A DNA stretch of 64,000 nucleotides from Cirrosporium novae-zelandiae (Eukaryota): assembly GCA_026023565.1 (NCBI GenBank), contig JAPETS010000009.1, positions 372,001 to 436,000 of the forward strand, read 5' to 3'. The notes under the pieces are model-generated. The model made no database searches, was not told the origin of the DNA, and was given only the letters and a program-made list of their open reading frames with translations. Shown one piece after another: positions 48,048 through 64,000 of this stretch. The translations under genes and the position numbers were made by a program. How positions within the stretch are numbered: the first letter of the stretch is position 1; each line of letters opens with the position of its first letter.

Positions 48048-51000
48048 CTACCGTCTATCGAAAAACCAACTTCCCCTCTTCTCTCGCCCATTATCTTGCT
48101 GCTGGACAGCATTTAGTGGCATTCCATCGGCACCTCCGCCACCACGCAGCGGCTTCGCGATTCTGGATCCTGCACCTCCGAAGCTGAAGGGACTTGATGG
48201 CCCGCCTAGAGGAGAACCCCCAAGACCGCGCGTGCTGCCGAGTTTGGCAGCTTCGAGACGTTCTTTTACCGCTTGGAGTTGGGCTTCGAAGCTGTTTATT
48301 ATAATTAGCGTATGATAGGAATAGGAGATAAAGAACGGAGGAGTAAAAAAATACATACCGATGGTTTGCCGCTGTGAGTTTCTCTTGGCTATCTCCCAAC
48401 AGTGCCTCCAAGCTTCCAATCCGCTCATTTCTCGCCATGAGTTTCCGTTCCGCAATTGCAACCTCCTTCTTCAGTGCACTGTTCTGCTCTACAAGCTGTC
48501 TCTGCACATGCGTCAACTGCTCAAGATTGCGCTCTAAGAACGCCATCTTCTTCTGTTGTGCGCGGTTATTGCTTGAGCGAAGAACATTATTGTATTGCTC
48601 GCGGGTCTCGTCGAGAGAGATTTCGAGCTCGACTACACGCTCACACCGGTTTTGGAGATCCCGCATCAACGATTTCTTCATCATGTCGAAATCTGCAATT
48701 TGTTGCTGGAGTGTCTTACCGTTGACTGCGGTGCCGTTGGGGATACCACCAGCTTGGATTCGTCGTTGAAGGTCGTCCATAGAGGATTTGAGGCGATTGT
48801 TTTCCTCAACTCGTTGCGCAAGTTCTGTCTTCATGGTCTCGACGCTCTCCAACTCATTGTCTTGCTTCCGCTTGTAGGCTTCTTCTAGACGTTGCTTAAC
48901 TTCTGCCACGTCGGCTTCGCCGAGACCTTGCTCGAGGACCTCTTCATACTCGTGTTCCACTTTAGCTAGTCTGTCTTCAAGTTCCTGTTTCCTCTTATCT
49001 TGAAGTTCGCCTAGTTCGCCACGGTCACTGACAGCAAGCTCGGCTTGACGAACAATGCCTTGTGTTTCGAGTAATTGGGCTCTTAGCTCGACAAAATCAT
49101 CAGGAGCAACTGCTTCTCCTGCAGAGCTGGTTTCGTGAAGGGAGTCAACCTGCTCAATAAGCTTCCTGATCTTCTTCTCGTTGTCACTGAAGACTTCTCC
49201 ACCAAGGTCAAACCCAGCCATCATCTTCGCCATGCGCTCCGCCTTCTTCCGTTCTTTTTCATCTAGAGCTGCGCTGGTCTCCTTGGCGCTCATCTTGACA
49301 TCTAAAAGCTGTTGCTTGATCTCATCCAGCTCTACGGTAAGCTCTGTATTGGCTTCCTTGAGACCATCCATGGTAATCAACGCCTCCTTGCTTTCAAATG
49401 AAACTTTCTCTAGTTGCATCTTGAGTTCATTTACCTCGGTATTCAGCTTTTCATTTTCCTTGCCGGTGCGGGAATTGCCTTCCTTCAAATATTGTAATTC
49501 TTCTTTCGCATCCTTGAAGTTCTTCTCTACAGAAGCCAGCTGCGATTCTTTCTCGGCGATCTGGTCTTGAAGTTCATTTTCTCTTCTCAGGAATTCTTCT
49601 CGTTCATCCTTTTCAAGAATTATACTGGGGGTACTTGACCGTTCCCCGCCCATTCTCGATTCAGATCGGCTTGGTGTTGGGGCCTCGGATCGATCGATTT
49701 CACGTAACCTTGACGGGGTATCTGGTCTTCGCGGTTTTGTTCCCTTTTTCTCGGCACTGGTGGTTGGAAGATCTATCGGAGGCACCCATTGCTCTTTAGG
49801 AACAGTTTCTCCACTTCGCCATTGCTGGACTTCAGTCTCGAGCGTTGAAACATAACCCTCAAATGTCGTAACCTGGTTTTGGGCCTTCTTAAGAAGCATT
49901 TTAAGCTCAGTTGGACTTAACTCAGCATTGACCTTTGCCTTGTTCTTAATTGCCTTGGCTCGAACACCGAATCTCAATGTACCCAATGTTTCCTCAGCGT
50001 TGTAACTACTGGGCGAGCAGTTAATAATCAAAGTCGTCCGAGAATTTCCTCCCAAACTCTCCTGCAATATCCTAGTGAGCTTAGAATCTCGGTATGGAAT
50101 ATGCGTAGATTTCCCATCTGTCAAGGCGTTGATAACCATTCCCAATGCACTCAAACTCTTATTAATCTTTTTGGCTTCCTCCAATGTCTGACCACTAGCT
50201 CCAGTCTTGCCGACCTTTTCACTACCAGCCAAATCCACCAGGAAGAGCTGTCCGCTCTTAGCTGATCCGGTTTCAACATTCTTCTGCGTAATGGTAACGA
50301 CGAATATAGAATGCGATCTTGAAGATTCCTGATTCATGTTTGTAGCCGCGACTGCTCTAGCATTGCCACCTCTTCGCATCACCTCGTAAACCTCCTGGAC
50401 GCTGGAAACATAAATCTCTAATAGACCCTTGACATAAACACCTCTAGCCTTTTCTTCGTGAACAGGAAGATTATCATTTTGTGGTGCTAGCAGATCCCGA
50501 ATCCTTTCCATGTAAATTTCCATATAGCTTACTCTGACGGTATATTCCATGTTTCCTGGGCTTTGGAGGATGCTGGCAAATATCTGTTCAATTATACGAG
50601 GAATTATACCCTTCGACTCATCATCATCAATGTCCGATCCCATCATGGTGTATGATTTTCCCGCGCCCGTCTGACCATATGCGAAAACCGTACCGTTGTA
50701 GCCATTCAGGATATCATCGACGGTCGATCGAATGGAGAAATCGAACACATCGTATTGTCGCGAGGACATGTCAAAGACACGGTCAAAGGTAAATGAACCA
50801 GCAGCATCTTTCGACTATTTGCGCATGTTAGGCCAGACAAGTCATCACGCATAGATAGGCAACTGGTGCATATCCAGAAGTTAATTGAACAGGGGGTCCT
50901 CCACGTACGGTAAGACTGCAAGTATCATCTGTCTCAAAATTCACAACCGGTTCTCCTCCGCTCGCAAGCTCGACCTTATTCTGTGGACGAAACCGGGCGA

Positions 51001-51121
51001 CCACTAAATTATCAACTTGTCAGTCCTATGCCCCTCGTTATTTTGTGGTAACGCGTCGATCCATACCCTTGATCGTGTTGTAGCTGCCCGTTGCTGCGGC
51101 GGCCCTGTGAAAATTGGCCAT
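48048..51121 (-). CDS. kinA: Conventional kinesin (kinesin-1 heavy chain), 4 exons
   Basis: IKVVARFRP, GQTGAGKS, SSRSH and LVDLAGSE motor motifs, coiled-coil stalk, RIAKPLRGG autoinhibitory tail and KRGSWF end. Confidence 0.97.
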
Positions 51122-51998
51122 TAGTTCTGTTTCCGGGTGAAGATGGTTTGGAATATTCTTACGCCATGGTTGCGGTATTTGAAGGGACTCCAAACAAAGT
51201 CCCTTTGATAAATGGTGTTCAGATGATTGCCTCGAGGTATTTGGATCAAATTGTGGTGTTCTAGAAGGTAACGGTAGATTAGCTGAAGTCGGGACTCAAG
51301 GAGACTGAGGTATCGGGCGGGCAGGGATGTCACCGCATGAAAAAAGGGACCGGCTAAGTTACTGAACCTGGTCCGAAAGAGAAAGGAGAATCGTTAAGGA
51401 CAATAATTAGACTTGATTCATGAATTGTCTTCGTATCATAGAGCTGTTGTTTGAGTGTTGTTGAGGGAAGATATTAAATGACAGTGACAGGGTATTTATT
51501 GATTGACATTCAACATCCATCTGGCAGCGCAAGAGTCGTCGACTGAAAGGTTCGGCCTTTGAGTAGCCTCTAGCGTGGATATTAGTTTCCAGCCTGCAAT
51601 GCGCAGTTCGGTTTCCTACAGAGAGCATGTTGTGGAACAATCCTCGAAACAACGTGCTTGTGTATCCAGTACAAAATTGGGTCTGAAATCTACATGTGAT
51701 AACATGGGCTACATGAAAATTTATTTGATCTGAATTCTGTCCTATAATGTTGAAATACTGATCCTGTTTGTCATTTCCCTCCTCCGACCGCCAACGCCAA
51801 TGCTGACCAGGAATAATAGCCACGCCTGAACCCCTCGCTGTGCAGTAAAGAGACTGATAATGAGAGTCGTATTGGCACGTTATAATGATCTGAACTCTAT
51901 TCAAGGCTAGATCAATCTGATCATGGCGTTTGTGGTATCAAGAAATGGCCAGGCGCATAAACTCCTAAGAGACATTACAAAGAGCCGGGTATCGCTTT

Positions 51999-52733
51999 CT
52001 AATCGTCCCAACTCTTTTCTACCGTCTCACGGACACGCTTGGTATATTCGCGGCGATTATCCTTGTACAGATTTGAAGCTTCAACGTTGGCGGGGGATGA
52101 AGTATTAGGATCGTTGAGTAGACTGGACAATAACATTATCAGTATTCAAAGAGCCTTATTTTATTCAAAAAGAATGTATGTAATGACTGAGGGAATCTTT
52201 CTATGAACTGAACTCAACTCACCTTTGAATACTTGTTAAGATAGCGGCAACATCGTAGGTAGGGCTCCAACGGTTCTGAAGAATATCCAGGCAAAGTTCG
52301 CCGGTACCATAAACATTTGGATGGAACATTTGACTGATAAACTTTACACCGGGAGGCTTGTTAGGATATTGTTCCTCAAAGTGCATCACAAGACGAAAGG
52401 TGCCATCCTCGAACGGGGTATCTGCGGGGCCGATAATGACAGCATTCCTAACGATAACATTAGAAAAGAGGGGCAATGATTAACATTTCAAACAGTCTCA
52501 CATACCAGGTCATGACGTTGTCCGCCACAGGGGAAGCCGAAACACCAGCTGGAGGATCTGTTTGCATACGCTGTACCAGATCAGTATTGTTTTCCAGTAT
52601 CATTGCAATAAATCCATGACTTGAAAATATTTCTCTACAAATGCATCGAGCTCATGGGATGTGCAGACTCTTAAAAGCCATCATCACCCACCTTGAAGTC
52701 ACGCATCAAACGGCGGCGAGCGGAAGTTGACAT
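51999..52733 (-). CDS. RAD6: Ubiquitin-conjugating enzyme E2 Rad6/Ubc2, 4 exons
   Basis: [50 protein letters not shown] and [16 protein letters not shown]. Confidence 0.97.
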
Positions 52734-53345
52734 GGCTGTTCGGTTCGACGGAGGGTATCAAACTTGGAGGCTGTGGAATCCGATTGAGAGTTAAGGGTCG
52801 AGGAGTTGACGGCAAACTGAAGATGTTTTTGGATGAAGTGGGATACAATTGTTAGGCGTCGTGCCACCTACAATCAACTAAGCACAAGTTCGTTTGGTTA
52901 GATATCGGGAGTTCATTAGTTGAGTCAAAGGAAGATCCACTGACATTGGAACCATGATGAGCAAACAAAGCAAACAAAGCAAATTTTGGATAAAGATCAA
53001 AGATTAGATAGCATTATGATTACAAATAAGGCCGCTGTTTTGGTTGACATACCTCGGTTAAACATGCCTGTGATATGCAACTGTATTCGTCGGTCCCGAG
53101 CTCATTTTTCTGGGGAAGGGAGTAGTTCACTACACATGTGCACTCCCATCTTCGTCATCTCATCTTCCTTGCCTTGAAGCCATTTCTTTTTTGTATCAAC
53201 AGGACTCAGTATTCGCCGACTGCATCTGAGCAGCAGTCAAAATCTCCACTCAATTCAAATAACAATATCTAAAAGCTCTAGAAACCCCTCTGCTCCCCCG
53301 CATTTCCCAGGATCCGAATTTCCGTTTACAGTCTGTTCAATCAGC

Positions 53346-54769
53346 ATGATGTCCTCCACAAGCAGAGCCAGTCAAACGATCAAAAGACTGCCTTTGACGC
53401 AGCCGTCAAGACGTCTAGCTCAAACCGTCCGGCATTTCAACTCCTCGGCTCCAGCTCGTAAAGAAATTCAAGATGCCTATATTCTCAGTGCTGCTCGGAC
53501 ACCGACAGCAAAAGTAGGTTCTTATCAATAGCCCCAATCATGGCTCTCTCATTGATATTGCTCTTGTAGTTTAATGGCGCTTTTGTTACAGTTCCTGCCC
53601 CTCGTCTTGGAGCCGTAGCCATCAAATCTGCCATTGAGAAATCACACATTGATCCATCCCTGATCACAGATGTTTATATGGGAAATGTCCTGCAAGCATC
53701 AGTGGCTCAAGCACCTGCTCGTCAGGCCGCTATATTCGCTGGACTACCGCCACATGTTGAAGCCACCACTGTGAATAAAGTTTGCGCCTCTGGTCTCAAA
53801 GCTGTGTCAATTGCAGCACAGAATATTCAGTTGGGACTAGCAGAGGCACAGGTTGCTGGTGGCATGGAGAATATGAGTCGAGTACCATATTACATTCCGC
53901 GTTCAAGTCAACAATTACCATTTGGAGATATGAAACTTGAGGATGGCCTAATTAAAGATGGACTATGGGACGTATACGACCAAATCCACATGGGGAACTG
54001 CGCAGAAAGCACGGCCAAGAAGTTCGAAATCTCTCGAGAAGATCAAGATAAATATGCAATCGAGTCTTTCCTGCGAGCACAAGCTGCATGGAAAGAAGGT
54101 AAATTTTCTGATGAAATAGCTCCAGTAACCGTAAAGAGCAGGAAGGGTGAAGTTATCATCTCGGAAGACGAAGGTTACAACAATCTTCGCATCGATAAAG
54201 TTCCATCACTGAAGCCCGCATTCGTTCGAGACGGCACTGGCACTGTCACAGCAGCTAATTCTTCGACATTTAATGACGGTGCTTCAGCACTTGTATTAGG
54301 CAGCAAAGCTGTTGCACAGGAATATGGATCAAAAAGCAGAGTGCTAGCTCGCATAGTCTCTTCTGCTGATGCGGCATTGGATCCCATTGACTTTCCCATT
54401 GCACCGTCAAAAGCAGTGCCAATCGCATTGGAAAGAGCAGGCATCACGCCCGAGCAAGTTGCCATCTGGGAATTCAATGAAGCGTTTGCAGCCGTTATTC
54501 TTGCTAACCAAAAGGTATATCCTTCAGGCCATTGTCTTATGGTTGTAAGATTGCTAATAAATTTGATCCAGATCCTTGATTTACATGACGCAAAGGTGAA
54601 TCCCCTTGGTGGTGCGATTTCGTTAGGCCATGCTCTTGGTAGTTCCGGTTCGAGGATCCTGACAACGCTTCTACATCAATTGAAGCCTGGGGAGTACGGT
54701 ATTGCAGCGATCTGTAACGGAGGAGGCGCTGCAACAGCCATGGTAGTGCAGAGGATTGAGAGTGTGTAG
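53346..54769 (+). CDS. ERG10: Acetyl-CoA C-acetyltransferase (thiolase II) with probable mitochondrial presequence, 3 exons
   Basis: [32 protein letters not shown] and ICNGGG thiolase motifs. Arg/Ser-rich N-terminus lacking acidic residues. Confidence 0.93.
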
Positions 54770-54939
54770 ATAATGTGTATAACGAATGGCGCAATGGTTA
54801 TATGGTTGGATGAACCCAAAATGCCTTTTTGGAAGCAAATAATTTGGCCAGGATGAAAAGATGGGTCATAGGCCCTTTGAAATGCACTTTAAAAATTGAT
54901 AATTCATTGATTTCACAAAGGGACAACATACTCTGGTTC

Positions 54940-56211
54940 TCAGGCCTTGGGTTTCGTGCCTTCCATCCACGATGTCGCTAGCCACATCAACACACACGCA
55001 CCAACAGCACCAGCACCAATAGCATTCGTAGTCCATTTATTCTTCTCCTCAACCCTCACAGCCCCTGTCTTCCTTGCCGTAAGCATCCTCGTAGCATTCA
55101 ACATGACTTTCTGTACGTGTGCGGCATTTTCAACTGCCGAAATGGTCTCGTTCTCCCTATCCAACCGCCTAAGTTCCTCAATCACTTGTTCCAGGCCGGT
55201 AAGGTCTTCACGATCACGCTCTCCATCCTCGCCCTCGACGACTACTCCCTGGACATTTCCGAAGAAGTCAACCACGGCTCTCTTTCGGCCCTCCGCTTCG
55301 CCCCCAGGGAATAGATCCCACCGCACACCAGGGGTACTGTGGATTTCCCTCTCGTCATAGCTATCAAATAGATCCCCCAACGTCAGATCCGATGCGGGAG
55401 AGGTGACGCGGGTTTCAAGGAAGTCGAGATTGTAGTAAGTCCATCGATCGATGACGGCGACACCGACGTCGTTGTCGGCATGGTGGGAGTAGGAGGACTG
55501 AGAGAGACCGGAAGAGCCTGTGGCGATTAAATTGGGAGAGTAGAAATGGGTGTAGAGGGTGTTGGCTTGGCAGGTATCAACCATGAAGAGCAGCTCATGA
55601 TAACTGAGGAGATATTGTTGTCAGCAAACTTGAACCAAACTAAAATGATAAGTGAGATAGGAAGCAAGGCAAGCAACTCACCGTTTTTTCTCCCACATTT
55701 GCCCAAATGCGTCCGCCAGATCCCACGCCCCGATCTCCTCGCTGTCCTGAAACTTCAAAAACTGATCCCCCCCATGTCCCGTCATATAAACGAGAACGTT
55801 GCTCCCCGCATCGGTGCCCAACCTCTTACTCCGCGGCACATCCTCCCCGAGTCTATCTGTCAACAGCCTAATGAAATTCTCTACCGTAACCTCGTAGCCC
55901 CTATAGTCAACCTCGATGTTGTCGCCATAGAGGTCGACCTTGCGATCAGCGTTGCTATAAACGGTTCCGGGAAAAGCATTGCGGGGATTGCATGCCATAT
56001 CATCGGGGAGCATGAGGATGATTTGCGAATCCGGAATTCCCAGACGCTTGACGGTACGGTACAGAGAGAGGACATTGGCGAGGTGACGATAGTTGAACCA
56101 GAATCGAGAGGTGCTGACCAGAACGGCCCAGTTGGAGGTATGCTCGGCCGAGGTGAGGAGGATAAGCAGAGAGAAAAGGAAAAAGGTAAGGAAATGCGTC
56201 AGAGACGCCAT
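54940..56211 (-). CDS. GPI8: GPI-anchor transamidase catalytic subunit (peptidase C13), 2 exons
   Basis: Signal peptide, [30 protein letters not shown] and a C-terminal TM segment. Confidence 0.97.
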
Positions 56212-56624
56212 TCTAAAAAATGGTTTACTTCTAAAAAGCAAAGTCAATGGGGCAGGCAATTAATTGAGAAATGTTATTTATTCAGAGTACAAACGTTGAC
56301 ATTTTGAAGGGTTGGTGGGTTTCTTCAGGAGATTTATCATTATTAATCCTCCACAGATCAGATGGAGATGGGGATCGAAGCTCCGTCGTTCAAGCCTGGT
56401 GATTAAGGTGTCAATAATTATGCCGTATTCGTATAAATCATTAATTAGGAAGCTTTAAACGAAAGACCCCAATTAATTAGACTAAGAGCAAGGTGCCGTT
56501 CCACTTCCGGCAGAGAACCCTACCAAACCAACCAAACCAACCAAAAAATCTTCCCACATCCCACAATCATAATTAACCTACATATCCCATTCCAAGTACC
56601 ACCTCTTTCAAGTTAAAAACAAAA

Positions 56625-56696
56625 GGGTGTGTGGCCCAATGGCAAGGCGCCTGACTACGAATCAGGAGATTCTGGGTTCGATCCCCAGCATGCTCA
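56625..56696 (+). tRNA. tRNA-Arg (ACG), intronless
   Basis: Cloverleaf: acceptor GGGTGTG/CATGCTC, anticodon arm CCTGA-CTACGAA-TCAGG, T arm CTGGG-TTCGATC-CCCAG. Confidence 0.93.
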
Positions 56697-57766
56697 CTCA
56701 TTTCATCTGTTTTAAATTAAAACATCTGTGTTCTGTTCTCTCAACAAACGAGAAAGGAGATGGATGATTTTTTTTTGAGGGGGGGGAGGGGGTGGAGTAA
56801 AGAATGGTATTTTTATTCTTGGGGTTGGGGTTGGGGTTGGAGTTGTGACTTTTGTGCTATATAGATACACGTATGTGTTTAGTTCATATGGTTAGTAAGT
56901 AGTGAAGAGCCATTTATTTCAAGGATATGAATAAATGTACAGTAGTGCTCTAATTATTCTTATTAGCTCTTAACTTCCGTTTCATACAATTACTCAGTAT
57001 GTAGAAATTTATCTATCACCAGACGAAGCTGAATTTCTAGCTTAGGGATCATCTTTCTCGTAATATCAAACTTCTGTTTTACTTACTATGCAAATCATAC
57101 TTAACCTTTTATGTTGTCAACCAAAACTCCTTCTCTCCCCTTTTTTCTTTTTTTCTTTCTACTACCTAGTATCGTGATACAGTAATACCGTAGCTCAGTA
57201 TTGGCATCCATGTTTTTTTTTCTTTTCTTTTTTTTTTTAGATCAATCGGTTAATTTATCCGTTCGTTCACGAACGGATCTAAATAGCCCTTTGGGTAACG
57301 GTCATTTACCCCTAGTACATGTCAACCCGACAGGCATATAACATTCCTTTTCGTTTTAGAAAAGGATTAATTTTAGTCATTGATCTGGTTTTGAATAGCA
57401 GTAGCTGATTAGGATGGTCTAATCGAATTGGTAAATTTCAACCAAGATTTTATCCACCTATTTAAAGTACACTTCTGATTTCTCAAATTGAAAGAGGAAG
57501 AAAATTTTTGTTCGTTTTATTCATGTATGCATGTATGCAAATGTTATATAAAATACCCTCAATGCCCAACCGATGAATGATAAAGAATGATAAAGAATGA
57601 TATAAATTGAGTCAAGGTTGATCGATGATTTGATGATGAAAATGGCGGGTTAGTGTAGGGTCTATCTTGTCTTTTCCATTCTAAAACTCAAGAACTCTAA
57701 GTAGATGACCTCAGCCAGCCACACCATTTCCACATTTCTTATTCATCGCATTTTGTTAATCTCGTC

Positions 57767-59859
<2,093 letters not shown>

Positions 59860-61922
59860 TTCGGAAGGAGTAAGATATGAATATATTTCTTCGGAAAATG
59901 AAGCACAGCTACTCAATGGAATATTATCGAGGAACCTGATGGTTTAAATAAGCCACCCGAACCAAATGCCACGGAATTACTAAGACAATAACAACAAATT
60001 GATCGAGGAATTGCAGTGATGGAGATGGCTAGCAATGGTAAATTGGGTAGGGTATAGTGTAGCATTACAGATGTACTAGGAAAGTTTGTTTGAATTCGAT
60101 GTTCAAAAAAAGGCACGGTTATGCATGAATGGCATGCCCATCTCGAAGAAGAAAGAGTGGCCGTTTGAGGTAGTACAAGCTTAAGATGTAGCATAAAATA
60201 AATGAATTGAAGAAAAGATGGGGAAAATTTACAAGAGAAAGCCATTGGCTTTTTGAGGGGTTCATGGCTCGTGATGCTTGGCAAAAAAGGGGAGGAGGAT
60301 GAATTATAGGTGGAAGCGAACACTAAGCATATGGAGAGATGGAGAGATGGAGAGATGGAGACGATGAGGAGATTTCCCCAAGGAATAGAACAAATGGGGA
60401 GATGAATTACCCGCAGGTTACAGTAGCTTGCTTACCTTGTAGAGGTTGTCGTCCATAACTTCTCCAGGTTCCCTGTGGCCTTTACGATCGCCGTTGCAGC
60501 ACAACCTAAACATGTCTGCCCTTCCATACTATCGGACCTTTTATTGTATTCTCCTTCTGGTATGGTGTTCAAAATCTGTAGGGGTTTTGCGGGGAGATTG
60601 CGAAATCGGGTAGTCCTCCAACCAAAATTGGATATAAATGGTAAGGATTGTATGGACTGGTGGTAAAGGATCATGCAGGTTCAAATGCAAAGACCATGAA
60701 AGGCCGGTGCAAGGTACGAAAGATTTGGAAATGAATAGCAAACATTAGAAGGAGGGACGGAGAAATGAATAAATCAAGCATTTAAAACGGAAATTGGTTC
60801 TACTAAAGTAGATAGATAATGAGGGAAAAGATGATGGTTCTGAAATGTCTTCGAAAAGCTGAATGCTGATGCTGATGATGTTGCCTCGGTCTTTCACCTC
60901 ATGAACAACACATTTTTTCTTCACCCACCATTGCCACCACGAATCAATCCCCCATAGGGTAATAGGCATAATGAAAATTACTGGAGACTACCCACCTGGA
61001 CCACACACCTTTGCGCCATCATTCGCCCGGCTGACCTGAAATCCACTGCTAAAGTCTCCTTCAACGTTGTATTGGTCTCCCACTTCTTACCTGAATGGTC
61101 ACCGGACATACAGTCGCATATAGCCGTCATCACTTATATGCGACACACTGGTGATGATGATGATGTGAACTTTCAGCCTCTGTCAAACAGTTACACCTGT
61201 TATACTTTCGGCTGGCTTGTGATGCGGGGAATGCAATGAGAGAGACATAACATGTAATGGATTCATGGCCTTCGTTGTCGTCATCATCATCATCTTCAGA
61301 TATCTATACTAATATTGAATATTATCTACTTAGTCTCCCCTCCCCTCGGTCTTTATATATATTCCTTCCTTCTATCCTTCCATCCCAGCCCGTCGTGAAT
61401 TCTCCGCATGGGCCACGAGTCATGGTCCATCCTTCACCTTCATTCCCTCGACATATTCCCTCATAATCTTTTCGGTAACCTTTCTGAAAACAAGTCTATC
61501 ATCCGATTTCTACATGTCTCAATATTCCAATACCCCACCATGAGTGACTGTCCCCTAAGGTACACCGACATGGATGGAGTGAGGCGATAATACCAAAAGT
61601 CTGAAGGACTGTGAAACCCTAGCTGAATGTACTTTGACAAGTACATAGAGAGACATGTTGATCCAAAGGCGATAAAAAAAAAAGTTGGCGGTCAATCTGT
61701 TAATAATCACTGGTTTAGTACGTGGGGGGGGAAATGGATTTTTAGTTTCTCCAGCTGTTTTGTATGCATGGTACATGGAGATTTATAACATCCGATCGGT
61801 GCTGGGTTGTTGATGAACTACTCTTATTAGGAGTTAGTCCTTGGAAGAATAGGAAGAGGAAAAGGCTGAAGAGGCTGAAGTTGCGGCATGGACCAGGACA
61901 AGTCAAAGATGGTTGTATGTGT

Positions 61923-61967
61923 ACTAGAACGACTAGAAAGACTAGAAAGACTAGAAAGACTAGAAAG
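61923..61967. repeat. 9-bp tandem repeat (ACTAGAAAG)x5
   Basis: Directly visible; the first unit has one mismatch. Confidence 0.85.
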
Positions 61968-62270
61968 ATTCGTGTAGGTTGTTTGAAGTCATCTGATTGG
62001 ACTTAGCGGTAAATTCAAAGTTGATTTCCAAGGGGATTGGGATGGACTGGATGGATTGGATGGATTGGACGGATTTCTTAACCATCCTTCACCGACAAAT
62101 GGAGAAAAGTTGGGAAATGCAGGAAATTGCAGTTGGACTAGGCCGTAAGAAGATGCAAGACGCCCCCTCAAGGAAGCCCCAGAATCCACTCCTAAGGCCC
62201 CAAAAGCAAAGACCATGGGAGGGGAGAAGCCTAACGAAAGCCCAGCGAGGCCCATCAAAGCCTAGGGCAG

Positions 62271-62300
62271 CTTAGGCCAGCTTAGGCCAGCTTAGGCCAG
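62271..62300. repeat. 10-bp tandem repeat (CTTAGGCCAG)x3
   Basis: Directly visible; a degenerate fourth unit lies at 62261. Confidence 0.85.
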
Positions 62301-63273
62301 CCTCGGGAGCCCACGAACTTCAACCTATGAGACAACCAACTGGACAAGTGACAAGCCTTGAAGATAAATTAAAGGAAATGAAAGGTAAATGAATCTTCAT
62401 CATTGGATCTTCTCTTATCGATAACAACAAAAACTTAATCAATTCAGACAGGAAGAGACAGGAAAAGCCAGGAAGGACCCAGCAAGACCACCCCTCCCCC
62501 ATGCAACAAAAGACCAAGCCAATCTTTCAAAGTACGTGAACAGGATGGGAAAGAAACTCCTATCTGCTGTGGTAGGTCCTAATTACCTGGGTGGTGAGTA
62601 GTAGTGAGTAATAAGCCATCTACCGATGTCTGCCACGCCCACTGCTGTTTTGTATTCCATCTCAATTGCTTCGAAATCTAAACTAAAATGCTACAAGACC
62701 TACTCACTCTGACAGGGCTATACCTAAACTTAGCCCACTTTGTCTCACCTCATCTTGCAGAGGGAAGCTATACGAAATTCGGACTTTGACAGAAGTAACA
62801 ATTAAATCTCATTAATGTCGGCCCTGGTCGTCACAATTCTATTCTATTTTCTTACTTTAGTTTATTGCTCCTCGTCCTTCTTTCTTCCCCGCATATCGTG
62901 ATTGATCATTTATCTCATATGTGTTTCCTTCCTTCATATCCTCTTCGTTTCACCTCTTATAACCTCGATAACTCTCGTTGATATCCTACATTCCCTTTGG
63001 CGCTGGCCACCGCTCTAACTTCAACTGATCCAGGTCCCCCTGTCGCATGCCGATGAGTTTTGTGGCAGTTGAGCTTGGTCGTGTAGCAATTAAGGAATCC
63101 AATTGAGGCACACATAGTACCGCGTGTGACAAAGATATCACGCCCGGATCGATCCAAAGGACTGGTTCCTGAAACCTTCATACCAGCTTGAAGCTCACAA
63201 TCTTCTACGACTCTATTCAATTTCTTCATATTTATTCTATCAACCTCTCCCGCGGAGATTCTCATCCTTGAAA

Positions 63274-64000
63274 ATGGTCTCAAAAAATACCTTGATCATT
63301 GCAATTGCGGCTAGTGTGGGAGGGTTTTGTCTACTCTCTGTGTTTATCTGTACAACGGTTATTTGTTTCCGCAGACGGCGAGGGCAAAATAACGAGAAAA
63401 AAGTCCCAGATATCGAAACTCCTACGAGGAAATTGACCGTAAAACGTGGGCGGGTGGTGTCACATAACGAAACTACTAGTTGGGGGCAAGATAGCTTCGG
63501 CCGATTCTCCCTCAGAGGTTTCACCAGAGCAATAAGCCCAATGCCCAAAAGTCCTTCCAACAAGAGCTTCACACGACTAGCAGCCGACCAGCCAAGTCCA
63601 CGTCGACCATCCTACAAATCAGATCATGAACCCACAACTCCAGCGGCGCCGGCTCCTGCCGTCGTATCCGAAGTATCCTCCGAGGACCCTGGACCAGGAC
63701 TCTCTCCGGTGAAAAGTAAATACTCGGTGGAAACAACCGAGCTGTATCCCCTCGTCGAGAGGCTCCAGTCAATACGAGAACTTGCCGAAAACAGTCCTGA
63801 CCACAGTCCTCGTATTCATTTTGAGTCTCCTTGGGATCGTCGTCCAAAATCTAGCGTATCAACCGCATCTTCCATGCCTTCACCTCGAACTGTGACCCCA
63901 GCAAAGTTGAGAGAATCAAGAAGAGGCTCGCATCCCAAAGTCGATAAACCGCATATACCTCTAGAGAAATCCAGGCTCTCCGAATCCGGCTGGCCAAACG
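63274..64000 (+). CDS. Hypothetical single-pass membrane protein, 5' part (runs off the window)
   Basis: Open frame MVSKNTLIIAIAASVGGFCLLSVFICTTVICFRRRR...: hydrophobic helix, poly-Arg stop-transfer, then a Ser/Pro-rich tail. No stop in 242 codons. Confidence 0.75.
   Translation, partial: MVSKNTLIIAIAASVGGFCLLSVFICTTVICFRRRRGQNNEKKVPDIETPTRKLTVKRGRVVSHNETTSWGQDSFGRFSLRGFTRAISPMPKSPSNKSFTRLAADQPSPRRPSYKSDHEPTTPAAPAPAVVSEVSSEDPGPGLSPVKSKYSVETTELYPLVERLQSIRELAENSPDHSPRIHFESPWDRRPKSSVSTASSMPSPRTVTPAKLRESRRGSHPKVDKPHIPLEKSRLSESGWPN

Noticed and set aside
51407..51904. 165-aa ORF between kinesin and RAD6
   Set aside because: Non-ATG start, no motif, and it lies in expected UTR/promoter space.
55546..56307. 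253-aa plus-strand ORF
   Set aside because: Antisense shadow of GPI8.
57257..57279. 10-bp hairpin ATCCGTTCGT-TC-ACGAACGGAT
   Set aside because: Isolated; no repeat copy or convincing element boundary.
61923..62300. Short tandem repeats as a CRISPR-like array
   Set aside because: No spacers, eukaryotic context; these are plain minisatellites.

Overview
Eukaryotic, intron-containing DNA from a filamentous ascomycete (Pezizomycotina). Intact-looking genes: a histidine-phosphatase/phosphoglycerate-mutase family gene, a secreted GH13 alpha-amylase, an intronless HET-domain gene, an orphan CaaX protein, an Ayr1-like SDR, a 5'-nucleotidase family gene, a glyoxalase/VOC gene, a NYN-like plus CCCH zinc-finger gene, the block kinesin-1 / RAD6 / thiolase / GPI8 / tRNA-Arg(ACG), a GH15+CBM20 glucoamylase and a partial single-pass membrane protein. 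Between them lie three gene-poor islands (about 1-4.9 kb, 15.1-27.1 kb and 34.4-43.8 kb). These hold copies and ends of one non-autonomous hAT-type TIR family (CAG...CTG termini, 8-bp TSDs, two TIR variants) and decayed gene relics: a His-Me-finger-like nuclease fragment, a SNF2-like frame split by a MITE, an internal URA2/CPS fragment with many G-to-A changes, two diverged paralogs of an unknown multi-intron gene, and a tRNA-like relic. The best candidate for an undescribed system is this TIR family and its association with gene fragments. All calls are by eye; no database search was run.
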